From: a virus | Direction: 5' to 3' (one strand) | Virus record (IMG/VR): IMGVR_UViG_3300002835_000018 | Length of the DNA stretch: 64,000 nt | Part shown: positions 46,724-56,596 of the stretch, in pieces | How the letters are laid out: the number at the start of each line of letters is the position of its first letter | Numbering within the stretch: position 1 is the first letter of the stretch | Translations under genes and position numbers: made by a program | Notes under the pieces: model-generated | Database searches by the model: none | The model's input: the letters and a program-made list of their open reading frames with translations, nothing else | What the model was told of the DNA's origin: nothing

Positions 46724-47562
46724 TTTATTGAATCCTCCTTAAGTCCTATAGCATCTAGTATAACTGAAACCCTGTGGTGTGACAAATGATTATTTTTTAT
46801 AAATTCCGAATTGGTTTTTATATTTTCGTATGCTATTTCTGGATTTCTAATTATGTTCAAAAGATTTTCAAAAAAAGATTCTTCGTCTGAAAAACATAAA
46901 GATTTATCTTTTAAAACATTTTTTAACCATGTGCTTTTATAAGAAACTATTGGTCTATTACATAGATATGTATATAGTGGCCAGCTTTTATTGTTTAAAT
47001 CATCTAAATATAAAGATGTTGTTGAAGAACATATTGCATCTTTTATTTTGTCTGGTTTAATTTTTCCCAAATATGTTGTAAAAGGCCACTTTGTATTTCC
47101 CCAACATTTAACCCTAAACATAGAAAAACACTTTGAAAGAATGTACTCTTTTACATAGTCGCCTATGTAGCATATGTCAGATATCATATTTATATTTGTT
47201 TTTGGTTTTAATGACAGATAAAGATCGCAAGATTCTTCTACAAACATGCAATTTAAATTTTCATTTTTTGAAATGTAAAAAACATTTAGTTTATCTTTGA
47301 GTTTTTCCTTGTCTTCTTCTGAATCAATAAAAACAAATGTTTTACAGTATTCATTTCCAACAATAGCTTTGCATGATGCCCTGTTTAATAGTGCTGCATG
47401 GGTTATAAATATGGAAGGTTTTTTTTCTTCAAAAGCATCAATTATTGCTTTTTCTTTCCTATTCAAAAAAAAGAAATCATGACCTATTGAGGAAAATGCT
47501 TTACCCCATCCAAACATTTCTTTTTCATCCAATGGATATTCCATGTCACACAGAACATTCAT
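46684..47562 (-). CDS. CgeB/YkvP-like GT-B glycosyltransferase
   Basis: SDICYIG, KCWG..W, YLG and C-terminal H...HR motifs. Confidence 0.5.
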   Translation of the reverse strand: MNVLCDMEYPLDEKEMFGWGKAFSSIGHDFFFLNRKEKAIIDAFEEKKPSIFITHAALLNRASCKAIVGNEYCKTFVFIDSEEDKEKLKDKLNVFYISKNENLNCMFVEESCDLYLSLKPKTNINMISDICYIGDYVKEYILSKCFSMFRVKCWGNTKWPFTTYLGKIKPDKIKDAICSSTTSLYLDDLNNKSWPLYTYLCNRPIVSYKSTWLKNVLKDKSLCFSDEESFFENLLNIIRNPEIAYENIKTNSEFIKNNHLSHHRVSVILDAIGLKEDSIKCTNVAMDLTKKY

Positions 47563-48249
47563 TTAAATTCTCCTTACAAGCTTTTTAGCTCTAGCTATAT
47601 CTTTAGATGTATCTATTTCAACAAGCTTCCACTTCTTGTTTATTTGTGGCTTTATAATACCACCCATATCTATCACATCATTAAGTATTTCAAAAGAGAA
47701 TTTTTTTTCAGATCTTTCTAGAACAATCATTTTTTTAAAGAACTCCATTTCTTTTCCTATTAAACAAACTATTTGGCCCCATTTGGGATTTAAGCCATAA
47801 CAGAAATTAGTTATTTGGCCTTCTACTATGTTAACGCCAACTTCAGAAGATCTTTGATTTATGTTTGTATCAATAGCAATCCAAGATGAGTTTTTTGGCA
47901 TTGTGTTAAATATTTCACCAGTGAAAACCAAATCGCCATTGACTATTAAAATCTTTTTGCAATGACATTTATCCAATGCTATTTTAATTGAAAGACAAAC
48001 ATTGGAGCTTTTATACCTTTTATTCTCAACACAAACAATGTCTTGATCAACTATTTCAAATATTTTTTCTTTTTGAAAACCACAGACTACAATTATTTTT
48101 GATTTTGGAAAAAAGTTTCTTAAAATTTTAATTTGTCTGCTTAAAACTGTTTCTTCTTTGTCTATGCGTATTGATGCTTTGGGGCCATATGCCTTCATTC
48201 TTTTGCCAAGACCAGCAACTGGTATAATAATACATATATCATTTGTCAT
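47563..48249 (-). CDS. NTP transferase (LicC-like / sugar-phosphate nucleotidyltransferase)
   Basis: IIP.AGLGKRM...PK, VVCGF, N..Y..SN, NGDLVF and EIDT..D motifs. Confidence 0.8.
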   Translation of the reverse strand: MTNDICIIIPVAGLGKRMKAYGPKASIRIDKEETVLSRQIKILRNFFPKSKIIVVCGFQKEKIFEIVDQDIVCVENKRYKSSNVCLSIKIALDKCHCKKILIVNGDLVFTGEIFNTMPKNSSWIAIDTNINQRSSEVGVNIVEGQITNFCYGLNPKWGQIVCLIGKEMEFFKKMIVLERSEKKFSFEILNDVIDMGGIIKPQINKKWKLVEIDTSKDIARAKKLVRRI

Positions 48250-49021
48250 TTTTTATTTTTTCTAATATTCTTCGCCAGTTTTTAGACCAAACTTCCTCAG
48301 AAACAACATTGGTAGAATTATAACTTCCTGTCCTAACGATTGTAAAATTTTTTGGAATATGATAAGCAATAAAATGCTTAGACATTCTTATCCAAAGATC
48401 CCAATCTTCTGCAACACGCATAGTCTCATCAAAAAGTCCTATTTTTTCAAAAACATATTTAGGAACTAAATTGCACGATGGCATTATACATTCTTGTAAT
48501 ATTTTTTCAGAACAAAAAGCTTCTTTGTGCTGTTGAAAACTTATATTGTTTTCACAATCAAAATTTATATAATCGCAATATACAGCACCAATTGATCCCC
48601 ATCCACTAATTAAAGCATACAAGCTTTCTTTTAATTTTCCGCTTATGTGCATATCGTCAGAATCTAAAAACGAATAAACATCAGTATTTTCCCAATAAAA
48701 CTTTATGCCTATGTTTCTTGCAGCAGATGGTCCTCTGCACTCATTACAAGCTATTAGTGTTATTTCAACATCTGTTTTTTTATATTTGCCTGTTATACCA
48801 GATATTCCAGATGATTCAGAAGCTTTTGGATCTGATAAAAGACCATAAACTTTTCTGGCTGATCCATCGGTAGAACCATCATCTACAACAACTATCCTTT
48901 TATTAGAATAGTCATCATAAACAACGCTATCAATAGCATCCTCTATCCATCTACCATAATTGTGATTTGGTATTACTATGGATATTAGTGGTTTTTCATG
49001 CAAGGACATACTTCTTCGCAT
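48239..49021 (-). CDS. GT2 glycosyltransferase
   Basis: ISIVIP.HN, VVDDGSTD, GPSAARN, FLDSDD and EDWDLW motifs. Confidence 0.9.
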   Translation of the reverse strand: MRRSMSLHEKPLISIVIPNHNYGRWIEDAIDSVVYDDYSNKRIVVVDDGSTDGSARKVYGLLSDPKASESSGISGITGKYKKTDVEITLIACNECRGPSAARNIGIKFYWENTDVYSFLDSDDMHISGKLKESLYALISGWGSIGAVYCDYINFDCENNISFQQHKEAFCSEKILQECIMPSCNLVPKYVFEKIGLFDETMRVAEDWDLWIRMSKHFIAYHIPKNFTIVRTGSYNSTNVVSEEVWSKNWRRILEKIKNDK

Positions 49022-49812
49022 TTCTTAAGTAGGTGCATCAAATCGCTTTGAACTGCAAGATAATTCAACTTTTCTAAAAAGGTGTGTGCTGGTTTATCAT
49101 CTTCTTCCTCAATGAAAGCTTCTTCATTGCCCCTTAGTGCATTAAAAGCATATGTTTGATAAACAGAGCCATTTCCTTCTTCATCAACCCCATGAAGCAC
49201 AATGAATCTTTTCATCTGATCACAAATAGCTTCATCAATCTCTTTAACGAAAGCTTTGGGTATATCAAATCCACAATTAAAAAGTGCAAAATATGTAGAC
49301 TTACTATTTTGAACAGAGACATTTATTGCTCTAGATCCCAACCAATATTCATCTATTATTTGTTTTATGTTCCATTTAAATGTACAGTTTAATTTATGAA
49401 TCATGGATATAATTTCTGATGGCTTTATACCTGATGAAACACAAAAAATAACTTCGTAAAATTGAACATCTTGATCGGATATTTGCTGAATTGTTTTCTT
49501 TAAATCTTCCATGTTTTCATTAAATACATTTATAACGGCAGCAATTTTGGGCGACATTTGCTTTCTAGTTAGTTTCATACTTTCTTTAACATCTTGATTA
49601 GCAGCAATCATAGATGACTTAGTTCTATAAGCCATACAAGCATGTTTTTCTAGAACAAAAAATTCTTTTTCATCATCATAAGATTCTGTTATTGTAATAT
49701 TGTTTTCTTTAAGTTTTTCCAACTTATTAAAATGACAACCAATTTGAGTTTTTTCAGACTCTTCATAAATTGCATAAAAACAATTTTTACAGCTTGTGTG
49801 CAAATTACTCAC
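48985..49812 (-). CDS. Hypothetical protein with Cys-containing N-terminus and GT-A-like C-terminus
   Basis: SCKNC..GC N-terminus; IAAVI..L.KTI..I..Q...EVI pattern. Confidence 0.35.
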   Translation of the reverse strand: MSNLHTSCKNCFYAIYEESEKTQIGCHFNKLEKLKENNITITESYDDEKEFFVLEKHACMAYRTKSSMIAANQDVKESMKLTRKQMSPKIAAVINVFNENMEDLKKTIQQISDQDVQFYEVIFCVSSGIKPSEIISMIHKLNCTFKWNIKQIIDEYWLGSRAINVSVQNSKSTYFALFNCGFDIPKAFVKEIDEAICDQMKRFIVLHGVDEEGNGSVYQTYAFNALRGNEEAFIEEEDDKPAHTFLEKLNYLAVQSDLMHLLKKCEEVCPCMKNH

Positions 49813-50279
49813 TTAACTCTCCTAACTTTAATATATGAAATAAAACCGTCTATTTTACAATATTCTATCTTAGAACCAATGGATAAAAAAAACTTCTTTA
49901 ATTCAATCAATGAAGATCCAGATTTAAAAAATTGCCAACCTTCATTTTGCTCGCCATAAATAAGTTTCTTTGCATCTAAAACATCTAATTGTCCAGAGGT
50001 TAAAGCCCTACATATCTCTACAAAATCAAAAAAGGATATGACAATTGTACCATCGTATTTTAATTTTTTGTACCAATTAATTAAAACATCTTTTGTTTTG
50101 TTAAATTCAATATAATTTAAAACATTAACAGCTAATATTTCATCTGCTTCACCATCATCTACAATCGAATCTAAATTCTCAGGATGACAATTTTCAAATT
50201 TATCATTTTTAACAAAATTGGTATTAACATATCCATTTAGATATTCGTTTGAGTTTCCAAAACAAATGTTTATTTTCAT
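49809..50279 (-). CDS. Class I SAM methyltransferase-like protein (degenerate motif I)
   Basis: KIN..G....GYVN, DEI.A..VL, W...LK.DG; typical of small MTases in glycan clusters. Confidence 0.6.
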   Translation of the reverse strand: MKINICFGNSNEYLNGYVNTNFVKNDKFENCHPENLDSIVDDGEADEILAVNVLNYIEFNKTKDVLINWYKKLKYDGTIVISFFDFVEICRALTSGQLDVLDAKKLIYGEQNEGWQFFKSGSSLIELKKFFLSIGSKIEYCKIDGFISYIKVRRVK

Positions 50280-50280
50280 T

Positions 50281-51261
50281 TTATTTACCTAAAGATCTAC
50301 CTAAAACATAATCCCATTTTTGCGTAAATACACTCAAAGAAAATTTATCAATAATTGTTTGTCTAGCATTCTTTCCAATCTCTCTACACATGTCTGGATT
50401 TTTTAAACAAACTTCTAAATTTTTTCTAATTTCATCTTTGTCATTTGAAATAAAACCATTTTTGCCATTTTCTATAAATGATTCTATCATTTCGTTTTTA
50501 GTAGTAACAACACAACACCCACAAGACATAGCTTCAAGCAAGGTAGTTGGAACTGGACTATGTATAGAGGTATTTAAAAATATAGAGTTTCTGTTATAGA
50601 TGTCAATAAGTTCTTCTGTATTTTTAGCTGGCTTAGAAAAGTTGGGCGTATCACCAGCTACATAGACTGGAAGATCTTTTGTTACTTCTTTCCAGAGTGT
50701 AAAACCACATTCATAATCTCTATTTATCCAATCGTTTACAATACTTAATACTTGATTTTCTCTTTTTATATTTTTGTTGTGAAATATAGAACTGTTTATT
50801 CCATGATCAATAACATAATATGCATAATCTGCTTCCCATGTTTTAGCAGAATAATCAGATATAAATATGTTTGTGTCACCAATCATATGTTTAAATTTTT
50901 TTCTGTCTTCAAACATTTCAGTGTGCTCAATGCAAACAAGTGGAATGCTTAAATACTTTGCTATTTCAAAAGCTAAATTAAATTGCACAAATTTGCTTTG
51001 AGAAATTATTAAATCAAAATCTATGTATGTTGGTATATCACTTAAAAGTGAGACATTATTTAACATAGTATGATTTTTAGGAATATCTGAAAAATTTAAA
51101 TTCCAAGTTTTAATTTTAGAATTATTGATAACCCAAAAGTTTGCATTAACATCAGCCATATTAGACTGATATCTTTCATGGGTAGAGAATGTTAGAATGT
51201 TAAGTCTTTGACCAGTTTTTCTAGTCGAAGATCTTAATATGTTATTAACATTGTGGTGCAT
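50281..51261 (-). CDS. GT4 (GT-B) glycosyltransferase
   Basis: HGI, FLNTS..SP.P..LLEAMSCG and NGF motifs. Confidence 0.85.
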   Translation of the reverse strand: MHHNVNNILRSSTRKTGQRLNILTFSTHERYQSNMADVNANFWVINNSKIKTWNLNFSDIPKNHTMLNNVSLLSDIPTYIDFDLIISQSKFVQFNLAFEIAKYLSIPLVCIEHTEMFEDRKKFKHMIGDTNIFISDYSAKTWEADYAYYVIDHGINSSIFHNKNIKRENQVLSIVNDWINRDYECGFTLWKEVTKDLPVYVAGDTPNFSKPAKNTEELIDIYNRNSIFLNTSIHSPVPTTLLEAMSCGCCVVTTKNEMIESFIENGKNGFISNDKDEIRKNLEVCLKNPDMCREIGKNARQTIIDKFSLSVFTQKWDYVLGRSLGK

Positions 51262-52007
51262 TATTCACCAAGCTGTTCTATTATATATTTAATAAGGCCA
51301 TGTCTTTGAACATCTTCAGATGTCAAGAATACCTTACCAATATCATTGTGGTCAAGCCTATCAAGCAACCAATTCATTGTATTTCCTTCTGAATGCGGTA
51401 AATCCGTTTGAGTATGATCGCCACAAATAATAACCTTTGATTCTTGCCCAAATCTAGTAAGAAACATTTTTAATTGTCTTCTAGTAGCATTTTGTGCTTC
51501 ATCTAAAATAATTACAGAGTTGTGGAATGTTCTTCCCCTCATTATTTCCAATGGGCATATTTCCAAAACTTCATCGGTTTTTATTTTACGCATTTTTGTT
51601 TTGGTCATAAACTTACCAAATACTTCAAGCATAGCTGTCATAAATGGTTCTGTTTTTTCTTTTAAATCTCCAGGGAACGCACCAAGTCTTTGGCCACATT
51701 CAACTAAAGGTCTAGCAATAATTATTTTTTCTATCTTTAAATCGATAAGCATTTCTGCTGCTATTCCACAAGCTATATATGTTTTTCCTGTTCCAGCAAC
51801 ACCAGAACATATGGTTACTGTTTTGCTGTATACTGAATTCATATATGTTTCTTGATTTTTTGTTTTTGGTTTTAATTTATTGCTATTGGCACTTTCTTTT
51901 TGCTCATCAGCAGACTTATCCCTTTCATCTCTCCAAGAAATAGTTTTTTCTAATTCTGCATTATTAGCTTCTTCTAACCAGTTCTGTTTTCTTTTCTTTT
52001 GTGACAT
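51261..52007 (-). CDS. phoH: PhoH-like ATPase
   Basis: G.AGTGKT, RP.VE, MRGRTF, ILDEAQN, LTR.G, GD..Q.D and RH motifs. Confidence 0.92.
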   Translation of the reverse strand: MSQKKRKQNWLEEANNAELEKTISWRDERDKSADEQKESANSNKLKPKTKNQETYMNSVYSKTVTICSGVAGTGKTYIACGIAAEMLIDLKIEKIIIARPLVECGQRLGAFPGDLKEKTEPFMTAMLEVFGKFMTKTKMRKIKTDEVLEICPLEIMRGRTFHNSVIILDEAQNATRRQLKMFLTRFGQESKVIICGDHTQTDLPHSEGNTMNWLLDRLDHNDIGKVFLTSEDVQRHGLIKYIIEQLGE

Positions 52008-53094
52008 TTTTTAATACCTCAAGAAAGATTGAACCCACTTTTTCATGGGAGAATTCGTAAGCACGATCTAAAGCATTTGCAGCTTTTGACCTCCTAATTC
52101 CTTCCTTTGCGTAACACTCTCTCATCTTTCTCTTTAAATCCAGTATATCTACTGAAAACCAATTTTCACCAGATGTATATATATCATCTGTTTGTTTATC
52201 AGCAGCAAATACTGGTTCCTCAAAACCATTAACTAACCAACCAACAGATTCATCTATATATTCAAGATATCCAGTGCAATTAGTGACAATTGGAGTTTTA
52301 CCAAAAGCCATTGCATCAAAAGCTGGTATACCCCAAGCTTCACCATAAGACGGTTGCACAAAAGCATCACATGTATAATGAAGTCTATTTATGTCTTCGT
52401 TTGACATTCTTTCTGTAATAGTAACAACTTTTGGTGGATTTTTTATACAAAGACCATCAAGTATTTTTCCACAATAATCATAAAATTCATAAGTTGAATT
52501 ATTGGTTTTAACCAATAGGCAAACAGGCTCAGATTCAGAAAACTCTGTAAAATAAGCCTTTAACAATGCAGAAAAGTTTTTTCTCTTTGTTGTTTCACCT
52601 ATTGTATAAAATACAAAATCAGAATCTGAAACTTGTGATGTTATGGTTTCAAGTTTTTCATATTTTTCAATGTATCTAGAAAAATCTCTAGCGTGAGGAA
52701 CTACATGCAATGGCGTACTTACTCCACTGCTCAAACAAGAATTAATCATTTGTTTATTTATTACAACATTAGCATCCATTAAGTTTAAATAATTTTTCCA
52801 TCCAGACATTTTAAAGTTGCTGGTTTCATAAGCAAAAAGACCAATGTTGTAGTCAAAATCGCCATTGTACTGCATATGAATTGGCAACATATGTTGAATA
52901 ACAATGTCACAATTTTTTGAACTTTTAGATTCAAGTTTAGCCACTATTGGATTAGGAACATAATCTAAATTATTAAGTTTTAAAGGTCTACAAACAACAT
53001 CAACACCAACAGAATTTAAAGAAAGAATATAATCTTCTGCTGCTTGACCATAACCTGTTCCATCACGATAAACGCCTATATAAAGAACCTTCAT
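51964..53094 (-). CDS. GT4 (GT-B) glycosyltransferase
   Basis: TGYG.AA, RKN, PSYGEAWGIPAFDAMA.G motifs. Confidence 0.85.
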   Translation of the reverse strand: MKVLYIGVYRDGTGYGQAAEDYILSLNSVGVDVVCRPLKLNNLDYVPNPIVAKLESKSSKNCDIVIQHMLPIHMQYNGDFDYNIGLFAYETSNFKMSGWKNYLNLMDANVVINKQMINSCLSSGVSTPLHVVPHARDFSRYIEKYEKLETITSQVSDSDFVFYTIGETTKRKNFSALLKAYFTEFSESEPVCLLVKTNNSTYEFYDYCGKILDGLCIKNPPKVVTITERMSNEDINRLHYTCDAFVQPSYGEAWGIPAFDAMAFGKTPIVTNCTGYLEYIDESVGWLVNGFEEPVFAADKQTDDIYTSGENWFSVDILDLKRKMRECYAKEGIRRSKAANALDRAYEFSHEKVGSIFLEVLKNVTKEKKTELVRRS

Positions 53095-54590
53095 TTTTTT
53101 ACCCTTAAAGACTCATAATGGTTATAAGAATCAAATATTGAAGAAAGTTCTTTTAAAACCTTTTGTTTATCGTGCATTCTGTTGTTTAATTTAAATAAAC
53201 ACTTTTGTTTAATATGACCCAAATTTATTGGAATTTTTTTAAAAATCTTTTCAATGATCTCGTTGTTAGAGTTGCAATCTTTAAAATCTTTTGGCATTTC
53301 AACAAACTTTGGAGGCAAATCCCATTTGTTTTCTTGTTCTATTGAATAGAAAATGTTTTTAATTTTGTCGAATGTTTTTTCGTATGTATAATTTTTAACA
53401 ACTAAATCTCTTGTTTTTTTAGATATTGCTTTCCTTATAGGATATGGCTTTTTGAAAAAGTCGATGCAAATATCACTAAAACTAGAATTGTCTGGCAAAG
53501 CAAACTTTCTATTTGTTTCAACCTCATATGTATATCTTTGGACTTTTATTGGATAACCTTCTAGTTTTTTAACTATATCAGTCATTGCACTATAGTCTAC
53601 AGCACAAACTGGTACACCGCATGATGCTGCTTCAACTAGTGGCATACCAAAACCTTCTGCACAAGAGTATTGCACATATAGATCCATAAGGTTATACACC
53701 ATAACCATATCATCTCTTTTTGAGCCTTTTGACACTCTAGGAAATGTGCAATTGACCTGTTTACAATTATTACATTGTATAATCGCACCACAAAAAGAAG
53801 AGATTGAAAGTTTAAAACAGTTGTTGCAGTTATAAGAAAAAAGAACCTTGTTGGATATTTTTGGTCTTTCTGCAATAAGTCTAGGTATATTCCAACCAAC
53901 ATCTGGATAAGTTGTATGAAGATACAAAAAACATTTTTCAGAAATTTCTTTTGGTGCTTTATCTAAAAACTCAGAAAATGCATCAAGAAGATCTGGAATA
54001 AGTTTTCTTTTTTGGTTCCTCATTACAGAGCCAATAATTAATGATTCTTCATTTATTCCATGTTGTTTCTTAAATTTAATTTTATCTTCAACAGGTTTAA
54101 AGTTGGTGTCAAATCCTGGAGATGCTGAACCTAAAATGTTTATACTAGGATATAGACTTGCAAGTTCTTCTGCTGCCCAATCAGAGTATGTTAAAACATG
54201 ATCTGCTCTGCTTATAGTGTCAACCCAATCAACATCTAATGGCAAAGCATCAACAGTTGGCATGTAGACCCATTTAAAGTTGTTTCTTAATACAGAATCG
54301 CCAATAAATTCATCTACCCAAGGATCTCTAAATGACCAAACTATATCTGGTTTAAAATCTATTAAAACATCATTTAATATATCTTCACCAAAGATGTTTG
54401 ACTTTTTTGGAACAACATAACTTTTCCAAGGTATTTCATCTGATCTACTGTCGCTTCCATGACAACTTATTTCAGCAAGATCAAAGTCCTTGGTGTCATA
54501 AAGCCTCTTCATTATCTGGAAACCATAATTGGAATATCCAGAATTAAGATAAGAGGCTTCACTAACAAGAAGGACTTTTCTTTTTTGCAT
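53091..54590 (-). CDS. GT4 (GT-B) glycosyltransferase with Zn-ribbon insert
   Basis: SGY, RNQ.RK and EGFGMPLVEAASCG motifs; CNNC..CNNC insert. Confidence 0.85.
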   Translation of the reverse strand: MQKRKVLLVSEASYLNSGYSNYGFQIMKRLYDTKDFDLAEISCHGSDSRSDEIPWKSYVVPKKSNIFGEDILNDVLIDFKPDIVWSFRDPWVDEFIGDSVLRNNFKWVYMPTVDALPLDVDWVDTISRADHVLTYSDWAAEELASLYPSINILGSASPGFDTNFKPVEDKIKFKKQHGINEESLIIGSVMRNQKRKLIPDLLDAFSEFLDKAPKEISEKCFLYLHTTYPDVGWNIPRLIAERPKISNKVLFSYNCNNCFKLSISSFCGAIIQCNNCKQVNCTFPRVSKGSKRDDMVMVYNLMDLYVQYSCAEGFGMPLVEAASCGVPVCAVDYSAMTDIVKKLEGYPIKVQRYTYEVETNRKFALPDNSSFSDICIDFFKKPYPIRKAISKKTRDLVVKNYTYEKTFDKIKNIFYSIEQENKWDLPPKFVEMPKDFKDCNSNNEIIEKIFKKIPINLGHIKQKCLFKLNNRMHDKQKVLKELSSIFDSYNHYESLRVKK

Positions 54591-54591
54591 A

Positions 54592-54963
54592 TTAGATTAC
54601 TTCTTCTTCGTCAACATTTTCAATGTTTGAATACGCATCTTCCTGTTTTTGATCTACATACCAAAATTTTTGTACAAGAAATTTAATTTTATATCTATTC
54701 TTTCCGGTGTCTTTATCAATCCAATTATCTGTTTTTGCAGATGTATGTACTAATATCCTAGAACCTTTTTTAAAATACTTGTTTATTAAATCAGCGGTTC
54801 CTTCCCAAGCTACACAATCAATAAATGTTGTGTCTGCTTTATCTTTATTGCCAGTATTTGGGTTTCTAACAGCCATAGAAAAATTTATTACATTTTTTCC
54901 ATTTTGTAATTGTACATATTCTGGTTCTCTAGTTAAACGACCCATAAAACTACAAATGTTCAT
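54592..54963 (-). CDS. ssb: Single-stranded DNA-binding protein
   Basis: GRLTREPE, F..CVAW..TA, KGS.I motifs and acidic tail. Confidence 0.9.
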   Translation of the reverse strand: MNICSFMGRLTREPEYVQLQNGKNVINFSMAVRNPNTGNKDKADTTFIDCVAWEGTADLINKYFKKGSRILVHTSAKTDNWIDKDTGKNRYKIKFLVQKFWYVDQKQEDAYSNIENVDEEEVI

Positions 54964-54971
54964 TTCTGCTC

Positions 54972-56594
54972 CTAAATTTGAAAAACCTTTTTAACTAAAA
55001 GAGAATCACTACCCCTGCTTTTTTCACCATGAATTAAAACAGTATTGCCCTCTTTTAACAAAGACGAACTATCTTTGTACGAGTCTGGAAAACATATTAC
55101 ATCATCCACTTTTCCAGTTGAATCTGATATAGACATAAAAGCCATTTTAGATCCTGGAGATTTACCAGCCTTTGTTACAACCTCTTTGCATCTTCGTATT
55201 TCAACTCCAAAAATCATAAAACCAGTTTTTCCATTTAAAAATTCTTTGCATGTAGTATTGGCTTGTGCAGTATCGCATGAATCAATTGCGTTACAAGTCA
55301 AAGAAATGCCCAAAGCATCCTTTTCTGACCAAATTAACCATTGAGGAAGATCAATGTGTGGAGATGGTGGATTAATAAGCAAATTGGCCAAGTCCTTCAA
55401 AAACAATACCCTGTTTTGGTTAGAGCAACCACCATTTTCCTTTTTTGGTTTTGCTGCTGAAGATATTAATTCAGCAATAGTAGATTCTGTAAAATTAATT
55501 TTAATCCATTCTCTTTCTTTATCTGTTAACTGTACCCAAGAATTATATTCTGCTAAAAGTTTTTGTCTACATGAATTATATCTTTTAAATCCACCAACAG
55601 ATATTAGTTTTATTATAGTAGAGCTTGGTATTTCATCGGAACAAAATACTACGAAATTTTCCCAAGTATTTAGCTTATCTTTGTTCTTTTCCATAGATGC
55701 TTTAAGTTTATTGAATTGTGATTCACCAATACCTTTAATATCAGTGATACCAAACCATATGTTTAAACCATCAGTTGCAAAATTTTTATTTAGTTTAAAA
55801 GCATCTGGTGCTAAAACATCGATGTTAAATTTTCTTGCATCTTCAACAAGATCCATTATCTCAAGTTGAGAATCGAGCTTATCCTTTGCGTAATATAACC
55901 AACTGCAATAAAACTGAACTGGAAAATGACTTTTTAAATAAGCAGTATCGTATCCAGTTAAACCATAACAACAACTATGACTTTTATTAAATGAGTACCT
56001 TTGACTTTGTTCAATCCAACTAAATATTTCTTCGGCCTGTTTTTCGCTTACAACCTCAACTTTTTTAGCACCTTCAATAAATAATTTTTTACATTTTGCC
56101 ATTTCACTAGCAAGCTTTTTACCCATAGCCTTTCTTAGCTTATCAGCTTCTTGCAAGGTAAAGCCAGCTACAGACTTAGATAACTCCATAGCCTGTTCTT
56201 GAAACACCAATGATCCATATGTTGACTTCAAAATTTCATCAACAACAGGATGATATGACTCAACTGGTTCTTCAAAGTTGGCTCTTTTGCAATAGTGGGC
56301 GGTCATACTAATGCCGTTTTCATCTAATGCACGAAGTGTTCCTGGCCTAATCAATGCACCAATGGCAGATAAATGTTCTGCGTTCTTTGGCCTTAGTCGT
56401 TTACTCCATTGTTTACCAAGATCTGATTCAAGCTGGAATACGCCTTTTGTGTCACCTCTGGCAAATAAATCCCAAGTTGACTGACAATATGGCAATTTTA
56501 ATGGATCAACTTCCATTAAGGGTAAAGCACCTTCTATCTTAGATTCTTCAATTATTGGCCAAGAACAACCACATTCAAACTTATAATATTTCAT
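54972..56594 (-). CDS. dnaE: DNA polymerase III alpha, C-terminal half (fingers, HhH, OB)
   Basis: GVFQLES, ALIRPG, FQEQ.M, AD.LRKAMGKK, YSFNKSH, IKGIGE and MAF..I.D motifs. Confidence 0.9.
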   Translation of the reverse strand: MKYYKFECGCSWPIIEESKIEGALPLMEVDPLKLPYCQSTWDLFARGDTKGVFQLESDLGKQWSKRLRPKNAEHLSAIGALIRPGTLRALDENGISMTAHYCKRANFEEPVESYHPVVDEILKSTYGSLVFQEQAMELSKSVAGFTLQEADKLRKAMGKKLASEMAKCKKLFIEGAKKVEVVSEKQAEEIFSWIEQSQRYSFNKSHSCCYGLTGYDTAYLKSHFPVQFYCSWLYYAKDKLDSQLEIMDLVEDARKFNIDVLAPDAFKLNKNFATDGLNIWFGITDIKGIGESQFNKLKASMEKNKDKLNTWENFVVFCSDEIPSSTIIKLISVGGFKRYNSCRQKLLAEYNSWVQLTDKEREWIKINFTESTIAELISSAAKPKKENGGCSNQNRVLFLKDLANLLINPPSPHIDLPQWLIWSEKDALGISLTCNAIDSCDTAQANTTCKEFLNGKTGFMIFGVEIRRCKEVVTKAGKSPGSKMAFMSISDSTGKVDDVICFPDSYKDSSSLLKEGNTVLIHGEKSRGSDSLLVKKVFQI

Positions 56595-56596
56595 AA

